Position numbers and translations under genes: made by a program. Under the pieces are notes generated by a model. It was not told where the DNA came from. It made no database searches and worked only from the letters and a program-made list of their open reading frames with translations. Shown here piece after piece: positions 58,717 to 64,000 of a stretch of 64,000 nucleotides of DNA. Positions within the stretch are counted from its first letter, which is position 1; every line of letters starts with the position of its first letter. Source of the stretch: Sulfurimonas sp. (lineage in GTDB: Bacteria; Campylobacterota; Campylobacteria; Campylobacterales; Sulfurimonadaceae); the NCBI GenBank assembly GCA_041662265.1, contig JBAZSV010000005.1, positions 124,010 to 188,009 of the forward strand. Direction: 5' to 3'.

Positions 58717-59703
58717 TTAAACTAAAAGTAGTTTGATATATGCTTTATTAAATTTATTCTTCATAGACGGGTCTTTAAGCATTATTGTCAATGCTTCAAA
58801 TGTTGTATGACGCTTTCTATTTGGTTTATAAACTGTGAGAGCATCAAAAACATCACAAACGGCCAAAATAGATGCAAAATCAGTGATTTCATTTTGAAGT
58901 AAATTATGAGGATAACCGCTTCCATCATATCTTTCATGGTGTTGCATAACTGCTTTAAGAATAACGATTTCTTTTATACTGTTTTCCTTGAGAATATCTA
59001 CACTATACTGTGAATGTTCCTTTGTTAGTTCTAGCTCTTCTAAACTAAGTTCACCACTTTTATCAATAATCTCAAAAATTTTCTTTTTACCAACATCATG
59101 CAATAATGCAGCCTTACCTAAGTCAAAAAGTTTTGTATCGCTGAAATTTAAACGACACCCAATATGAATTGCATAAAGCAAAACATTAAATGAATGTGCT
59201 GCAATCTTATAATCATTTTGCAAAATAGGCATGACTTCTTTTAAATAATTTTCATCTTTTTGAATTAAAAAAATAATTGAATGTATGATAGATTCAACAC
59301 AAATCAAATCAATTTTATTGTTTTTATCCTGTAAGAAGTTGTCAAAAATATAACTATTTGCTTCATAAAGTAATTTTAAAATCTTTTTAAAATCATTTTT
59401 TTCATGCTTAATAGTAGTTAATAATACATTACAATCAATGCCATGTTTTTCTTCATCACATTCTTCACTCTCTATTCCATCTATAATGTGTAATTCATCT
59501 AATGTATATAAACTCTCCTGCTTTTGTAGTAAATGATACAATTTTTCGCTAAGCATAGTTCCAGCTTCTATGATGATAATATAACTAGAAGACTGTTTTA
59601 TATAAATATCTAAAGGGACTACATCCCCAATCTCTAATGAGTCAGCGTCAAACAATGTATATGATTTTTTTACATTTAAATTTGTCATTCTTATTATTTT
59701 CAT
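58717..59703 (-). CDS. HD-GYP domain c-di-GMP phosphodiesterase
   Basis: LHDVGK and HHERYDGSGYP motifs. 328 aa. Confidence 0.85.
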   Translation of the reverse strand: MKIIRMTNLNVKKSYTLFDADSLEIGDVVPLDIYIKQSSSYIIIIEAGTMLSEKLYHLLQKQESLYTLDELHIIDGIESEECDEEKHGIDCNVLLTTIKHEKNDFKKILKLLYEANSYIFDNFLQDKNNKIDLICVESIIHSIIFLIQKDENYLKEVMPILQNDYKIAAHSFNVLLYAIHIGCRLNFSDTKLFDLGKAALLHDVGKKKIFEIIDKSGELSLEELELTKEHSQYSVDILKENSIKEIVILKAVMQHHERYDGSGYPHNLLQNEITDFASILAVCDVFDALTVYKPNRKRHTTFEALTIMLKDPSMKNKFNKAYIKLLLV

Positions 59704-59859
59704 GTAGTTATTATAACAAAATTATAAAATTTCCAAACAAGAGAACTGCTTTTTGCAAAGCAAAAATGTTCTTTTACATATGCAGTTTATTTTTGTTTTT
59801 AGACAACTAAAACTTGTTTATGCATTAGGAACAAGAAATGCTAAATACATACAAACAAA

Positions 59860-60738
59860 ATGAAAGAGCAAAAAATGAATATGTCAATAAAAGCTGATAT
59901 CGCTTATTCTAATCATACACTCTACAATAAATATGAAAATACGACCAACGCACCAAACACGGAGTTCACTGATAGTTCAGTGGCGTTGAACGGTGATAGA
60001 ATTGAAATCTCCCAAGAAGCAAAGATACTAATCTCTAAAAGTATAGTTATGCCAAGTCAGTATGCTCAATATTTTCCAACCAGAAATGGCGAACCAGCAA
60101 ATGCATTGGCGGATGCTGTCACAAATCCATCATTGGAAACTTTTTCTAAAGATAAAAGTTTTGGACAAGTTGCTAAAGATGCCAGAACTGAACTGAATGC
60201 ACAATATGCCGCTATGAAAAAATCTGGCAAACCATTTGATACAAATAGTTATGAAGGACAAGACTGGCACTCGGCATTTCAAAACTTCGATAGACGCGCT
60301 TTGTATGGCGTAAGCAGCAACGAAGGTGGTAATTTTACCAAAGAAGAACAAGACATGGCATCATCACTTATGTCACAACAGCAAGGTCTCGCAATGGGAC
60401 TATACAGCGGACCTACCAGACTTGAAGGCAGTTTCACTGACCAATTCTCAGGCGACATTACAGCCCAAATGAAAGAAGCTGTTGCATTTTTGAATAATGT
60501 CAGCGCAGAGGAAAAAAGCTCTGGCACATGGATGTCAAGTATAATTACAGCACAAAACAGTTACGAATACCTTGCAAACCATAAAGATGAAAAAAGAACC
60601 GATGATGATGAAAATATACTTTTGAAATCGTTGATGAAAGCCGACAAAGAAATGGCAAAAAGAATGCTAAGAACTCACAATAAGCCACCTGAAGCATCAG
60701 AAATCACCCTTTACTCGTCCCAAAGCTCCAAAGACTGA
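59860..60738 (+). CDS. Hypothetical Ser/Asn/Gln-rich protein
   Basis: 292-aa ORF, divergent from the HD-GYP gene. No signal peptide or recognisable domain. Confidence 0.5.
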   Translation: MKEQKMNMSIKADIAYSNHTLYNKYENTTNAPNTEFTDSSVALNGDRIEISQEAKILISKSIVMPSQYAQYFPTRNGEPANALADAVTNPSLETFSKDKSFGQVAKDARTELNAQYAAMKKSGKPFDTNSYEGQDWHSAFQNFDRRALYGVSSNEGGNFTKEEQDMASSLMSQQQGLAMGLYSGPTRLEGSFTDQFSGDITAQMKEAVAFLNNVSAEEKSSGTWMSSIITAQNSYEYLANHKDEKRTDDDENILLKSLMKADKEMAKRMLRTHNKPPEASEITLYSSQSSKD

Positions 60739-60768
60739 GAACAAAAAAAGTTAGTTAACAAGTAAAAA

Positions 60769-61188
60769 TTATAATTTCTGACTCATTTTTGAGTCCAATA
60801 AGTTGAACTGCTCACAACCTCTTTCATCTCCAATATAACAAGCCCTACTGAATGCCATTTCTGCTCTTTTTTTGTTTTGTTTTACGCCATCAGCACCTTG
60901 CTTATACATAACTCCTAAGTTATAACAACCTTTTGAATATCTAGCTTTACAAGCTTCAACAAAAAAACCTTTTGCTTTTCTTGTGTCTTGTTTTACCCCA
61001 TCGCCACTAGCATACTGAATGCCTAGTTCGATACAAGCATGCATATTTCCGTCATTACAAGCTTTAGTGTGGAGTTCCATCGCTTCTTTTTTATTGCCAT
61101 TTGCATATTGAGCCAATCCATCATCAAATAAACTAGCAAATAAGTTTACACTCAGCAATAATCCTATACTTATAATAATTTTTATCAT
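60769..61188 (-). CDS. Sel1-repeat, Helicobacter-cysteine-rich-protein (Hcp)-like secreted protein
   Basis: 139 aa with a signal peptide and repeated C-x7-C Sel1 modules (ACNDGNMHACIELGIQYASGDGVKQD, ACKARYSKGCYNLGVMYKQGADGVKQN). Confidence 0.85.
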   Translation of the reverse strand: MIKIIISIGLLLSVNLFASLFDDGLAQYANGNKKEAMELHTKACNDGNMHACIELGIQYASGDGVKQDTRKAKGFFVEACKARYSKGCYNLGVMYKQGADGVKQNKKRAEMAFSRACYIGDERGCEQFNLLDSKMSQKL

Positions 61189-61275
61189 TTTTTAGCTCCT
61201 TTAAAGAATTGTAATTCTAGCTAAATAAGTTTTGTTATTTACTTATAAATCGCCTCTTGAAGTATGCCGGTTTAT

Positions 61276-61345
61276 TTTCACATGCCAGTTAATTTTTTTT
61301 TAGCTTGTTAAACAAAAGCGTAAATTATAAACTTGGCATGTGGAA
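61276..61345. repeat. Decayed inverted pair of the abundant motif in the Sel1/marR divergent intergenic region
   Basis: TTTCACATGCCA (61276-61287, one mismatch) and TGGCATGTGGAA (61334-61345), separated by 46 AT-rich nt. Confidence 0.75.
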
Positions 61346-61399
61346 TGGAACTTTTTTTACTGGTAAATTTGGAATAAAGTATCGCTAAAGGAATAGCAA

Positions 61400-61540
61400 A
61401 TGCAAGTTTCCTCTCTATTTACCGCCAAATTATCAACTAACAAAGAAGATAAAAGTGTTGGCAATGAGTATCTCAAAGTAATAAACAAATCATTTCCAGC
61501 CGTTGTTTGTGCATCCAACACAAAAAAAAATATACTTTAA
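61400..61540 (+). CDS. Possible unannotated 46-aa small ORF
   Basis: ATG preceded by AAAGGAA at good spacing. It encodes MQVSSLFTAKLSTNKEDKSVGNEYLKVINKSFPAVVCASNTKKNIL. It falls below the ORF-track length cutoff and has no supporting homology. Confidence 0.2.
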   Translation: MQVSSLFTAKLSTNKEDKSVGNEYLKVINKSFPAVVCASNTKKNIL

Positions 61541-61568
61541 AAGTAGAATCAACTTGACTAAAAAACAG

Positions 61569-61597
61569 TTGACATTATTACTAACTAGTAGTATTAT
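61569..61597 (+). promoter_or_regulatory. marR promoter candidate with operator-like half-palindrome in the spacer
   Basis: TTGACA (61569-61574), a 17-nt spacer ttATTACTAACTAGTAg, then TATTAT (61592-61597). The spacer resembles the perfect palindrome at 62257-62272. Confidence 0.5.
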
Positions 61598-61608
61598 TGT
61601 GCTGAGGA

Positions 61609-62070
61609 ATGAATGAGATGAAAATAAAAAAACTTGACAGTTATGGACGAAGCGCTGACAAAGCCATGACAACTTGGATACAGCTTTTTAGGTCATATAA
61701 CAAAATAAGAGCCAAAGAGTCACTTTATATTCAATCATTTGATTTGACTATGAACCAATTTCAGATTTTAGAAGTTTTATATCACAGAGGTGATTTAAGT
61801 ATTGGTGCTATCACTAAACTTACGATGGGAACACCAGGGAATGTCACTGTTGTTGTACGAAACTTAAAAAGAGACGGTTTTATCAGCGTTATTCCACATT
61901 CAAAAGATAAAAGAACTTCGATACTCTCTATTACGCCAAAGGGCGAGGATGTTATTGAAAAGTTGTTTCCAGACCATGCGAAAAATCTTGAGAGCTATTT
62001 TGAGGTTTTAAAGTATGATGAAATGGAAACTTTATTTAATCTATTAAGAAAACTGCAAAAGTCACAGTAG
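61609..62070 (+). CDS. MarR-family transcriptional regulator
   Basis: 153 aa with a winged HTH (LTMNQFQILEVLYHRGDLSIGAITKL...VVRNLKRDGFI). ATG 61618 is an alternative start. Confidence 0.8.
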   Translation: MNEMKIKKLDSYGRSADKAMTTWIQLFRSYNKIRAKESLYIQSFDLTMNQFQILEVLYHRGDLSIGAITKLTMGTPGNVTVVVRNLKRDGFISVIPHSKDKRTSILSITPKGEDVIEKLFPDHAKNLESYFEVLKYDEMETLFNLLRKLQKSQ

Positions 62071-62080
62071 CTTTAACTTA

Positions 62081-62245
62081 GAGTTCTTACAGAACTCAAT
62101 ATACACGCAAAATGAGCAAAGCCCATTTTGCTACGCTAGCCGATGTGGCACTTCTGTGCTAAAGCACGATGAAAAAAATCACTAAATGATTTTTTGTGAA
62201 AGTTTGCCTCTTTGAGGCAGACAACTTCTTGCAATTATGCAAGAA
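62081..62245 (+). other. Array of six consecutive short hairpins in the marR-yceI spacer
   Basis: Hairpins at 62081-62097 (7 bp), 62107-62131 (11 bp, one mismatch), 62146-62167 (two mutually exclusive GCAC/GTGC/GCAC stems), 62173-62195 (9 bp), 62205-62219 (6 bp) and 62226-62245 (8 bp). Confidence 0.6.
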
Positions 62246-62256
62246 CTTAACTAATT

Positions 62257-62272
62257 ATTACTAATTAGTAAT
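62257..62272. promoter_or_regulatory. Perfect 16-bp palindrome ATTACTAATTAGTAAT, candidate MarR operator upstream of yceI
   Basis: Perfect dyad 15 nt upstream of the yceI ATG. A related half-site (ATTACTAA) lies in the marR promoter spacer. Confidence 0.5.
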
Positions 62273-62286
62273 TTAAAGGATAAAAG

Positions 62287-62856
62287 ATGAAAATAAGAAC
62301 ACTAGTATTAGCTTCTTTGCTAAGTGCGGGAACTCTGTTTGCAGGAAATTATAATGTAGATTTGGCGCATTCAAATGTTGCTTTTCAAGTGAAACACTTG
62401 ATGATATCAAATGTAAAAGGTCAATTTGACAAATTCAGCGGTACATTTGAGTATGATGAAAAAACAAAATCTTTAGTAGCACTTCATGGCGATGTGGATG
62501 TAAATTCTATCAATACACAAATTGAAAAAAGAGATACACACCTTAAAAGTGCAGATTTTTTCGATGTTGTAAAATACCCATCTATGAGCCTAACTCTTGA
62601 AAAAGTAGAGGGAAATACAGCCTATACAAAACTCACAATGCACGGTATTACAAAAGAGGTAAAAATAGAGCTTGAAACAAGTGGTGTCGTAGTCAAAGAC
62701 CCATGGGGAAGTACAAGAACTGGATTATCTCTCTCAGGTAAAATAAACAGAAAAGATTTTGGATTGAATTGGAATCAAGCGCTTGAAACAGGCGGTGTCG
62801 TGGTTGCAGACGAAGTAAAAATCACTCTTGAACTCGAAGGTATTTTAGCAAAGTAA
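62287..62856 (+). CDS. YceI-family periplasmic polyisoprenoid-binding protein
   Basis: 189 aa with a signal peptide and HSNVAFQVKHLMISNVKGQF...DTHLKSADFFDV, typical of YceI. Confidence 0.85.
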   Translation: MKIRTLVLASLLSAGTLFAGNYNVDLAHSNVAFQVKHLMISNVKGQFDKFSGTFEYDEKTKSLVALHGDVDVNSINTQIEKRDTHLKSADFFDVVKYPSMSLTLEKVEGNTAYTKLTMHGITKEVKIELETSGVVVKDPWGSTRTGLSLSGKINRKDFGLNWNQALETGGVVVADEVKITLELEGILAK

Positions 62857-62900
62857 CAGACAAGTTACCCATAACTAGCTACTAACATAAGGAGTTTAAA

Positions 62901-63605
62901 ATGTTAAAAAAAATACCAAAAGATGCAATGCACCTCTCAAATCAGGGCTGGCTTGAGAGCAGATTTCATTTTTCTTTTGCCGAGTATCACAACCCAGAGA
63001 ATATGCACTTTGGAGTGCTGAGAGTTTTAAATGATGACATTGTCCATCCTGAGAGCGGCTTTGGAATGCATCCGCATCGAGATATGGAGATAATTTCTTA
63101 TGTAGTCGATGGTGAGATAACACACAAAGACTCTATGGGCAATGAAAGAACCCTAAAACGCGGTGAAGTCCAGTACATGAGTGCTGGTAGCGGTGTTTTG
63201 CACTCCGAATATAACCATAACAAAAAAGAGAATTTAAGGCTTCTTCAAATCTGGATTTTGCCTCCACAAAAAGGGCTAGAACCAATGTACGGAGAGGAGT
63301 TATATACCCAAAATGAGCGACAAAACAAACTTTTAAATATTGTTTCAGGCAAGGACGGCAGTGCTAAAGTCAAAATACACCAAGATGTGAACATCTATAT
63401 TTGTGAGCTTGATGTGGGTAAAAGTGTAGAGTATTCACTCCAAGAACAGAGACAAATATACTTTGTTCAAATAGAAGGTACATCAGATATAAACGGCACT
63501 TTAGTAAATGATTCGGATGCTATGGAAATTACAGATGAAAACGCTCTATCTATGAGAGCTTTGAAAAAGTCGCATTTTCTTTTTATCGAAATGAAGAAAA
63601 TGTAA
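62901..63605 (+). CDS. Pirin-family protein
   Basis: Cupin metal motif GFGMHPHRDMEIISYVVDGEITHKDSMGN. 234 aa. Confidence 0.85.
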   Translation: MLKKIPKDAMHLSNQGWLESRFHFSFAEYHNPENMHFGVLRVLNDDIVHPESGFGMHPHRDMEIISYVVDGEITHKDSMGNERTLKRGEVQYMSAGSGVLHSEYNHNKKENLRLLQIWILPPQKGLEPMYGEELYTQNERQNKLLNIVSGKDGSAKVKIHQDVNIYICELDVGKSVEYSLQEQRQIYFVQIEGTSDINGTLVNDSDAMEITDENALSMRALKKSHFLFIEMKKM

Positions 63606-63754
63606 CTATGCTGTATTACACGCCATGTTCAAGTTTAAACAAAATTTGAACTATGGTACACATTCTGTTTTTAATATTCACATAAGAATTATACCCTATG
63701 ATTTTATCGTAAAGTTTAACTTAACATTTTTTATACATACTCAAAGGAATGGAA

Positions 63755-64000
63755 ATGGCACATATAAAACTACCCGAATTCGAGGACATGAGTCCGGCAA
63801 TTCAAGCAAAAGCAAAACCTATTTTAGAAAAAACAGGAAAACTTGGTGATATATTTAAACTTCTCGCCATAGATGAAAAAATCTATTTTGCTACGGATGG
63901 AATGATTCAAAAATACCTTCTCGATGAAACTACTCTCTCTTACCACATCAAAGAAGCTATCGCACTTTTAATCTCAAAAGAAAACGGGTGTAAGATGTGC
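63755..64000 (+). CDS. Carboxymuconolactone decarboxylase / AhpD-like protein (5-prime partial, runs off the window)
   Basis: ATG at 63755 follows AAAGGAATGGAA. MAHIKLPEFEDMSPAIQAKAKPILEKTGKLG...IKEAIALLISKENGCKMC ends in the AhpD-type CxxC motif. Confidence 0.65.
   Translation, partial: MAHIKLPEFEDMSPAIQAKAKPILEKTGKLGDIFKLLAIDEKIYFATDGMIQKYLLDETTLSYHIKEAIALLISKENGCKMC

Noticed and set aside
852-61345. Idea that the abundant word reflects a recurrent peptide motif (PHA, ACG or HMP)
   Set aside because: The same DNA word is read in five different frames on both strands, in unrelated proteins and in intergenic DNA. No single peptide explains it. A few copies do coincide with functional codons (napB CxxCH at 9459, napF Fe-S Cys at 10050 and 10236, lipobox Cys at 53125) and may be partly protein-driven, but they are a small minority.
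852-61345. Idea that the word is a Chi- or KOPS-like polar (replication-oriented) signal
   Set aside because: The orientation is 23 plus to 18 minus with frequent switches and close inverted pairs. That does not fit a strongly skewed polar element. A single 64-kb window cannot exclude a replichore-scale trend, so this needs a genome-wide check.
62146-62161. Sigma54-like TGGCAC-N5-TGC element in the marR-yceI spacer
   Set aside because: The GG-to-GC spacing is one nt shorter than the -24/-12 consensus and the TTGC block is incomplete. It is better explained as part of the hairpin array.
63625-63849. 74-aa ORF from the track after the pirin gene
   Set aside because: No RBS is visible and the translation is junk-like. 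The overlapping frame starting at 63755 has an RBS and a clear AhpD/CMD-like sequence ending in CxxC.

Overview
This is an AT-rich, very gene-dense chromosomal segment with about 65 CDSs and few intergenic gaps over 150 bp. Gene content and order point to a Campylobacterota (epsilonproteobacterial) genome, plausibly a Sulfurimonas-like nitrate respirer; that taxon is inference only. The supporting genes are napAGHBFLD periplasmic nitrate reductase, cheV-cheA(Y)-cheW, a Sel1/Hcp-type cysteine-rich protein, an M23 peptidase plus bactofilin, and many c-di-GMP proteins. Other content: a Crp/Fnr regulator and a PilJ-HAMP sensor upstream of nap, an MscS-type channel, a beta-CASP RNase, pepP, a Mla-like lipid ABC system, argC, greA, surE, rho, murI, dnaX, an HK-RR-HK two-component cluster and a long minus-strand operon (leuS-lptE-GGDEF-folC-M23-bactofilin-mfd-ymdB). 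It also holds yajC-secDF, an HD-GYP protein and a MarR-YceI-pirin-AhpD-like stress cluster. I saw no rRNA, tRNA, CRISPR array, transposase, integrase or obvious defence genes. The most striking signal is not a gene. The 9-mer CCACATGCC (full form TTCCACATGCC, often followed by AAG) occurs 41 times on both strands, about one per 1.6 kb, where roughly 0.1 is expected. It sits in five different reading frames inside unrelated genes, and it forms inverted pairs including a perfect intergenic hairpin. This is the signature of a DNA-level selected element such as a DNA uptake sequence, which to my knowledge is not described for this group. Secondary signals are: two arrays of short hairpins sharing an inverted 19-mer, an FNR-type class II promoter for nap, and a MarR operator palindrome. 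There is also a conserved 35-nt element upstream of leuS and yajC, an A10 slippery run in dnaX, and a GC-rich nested-helix element after the nap operon. I read coordinates by eye and checked them against ORF frames where possible. Intergenic coordinates may be off by 1-2 nt.
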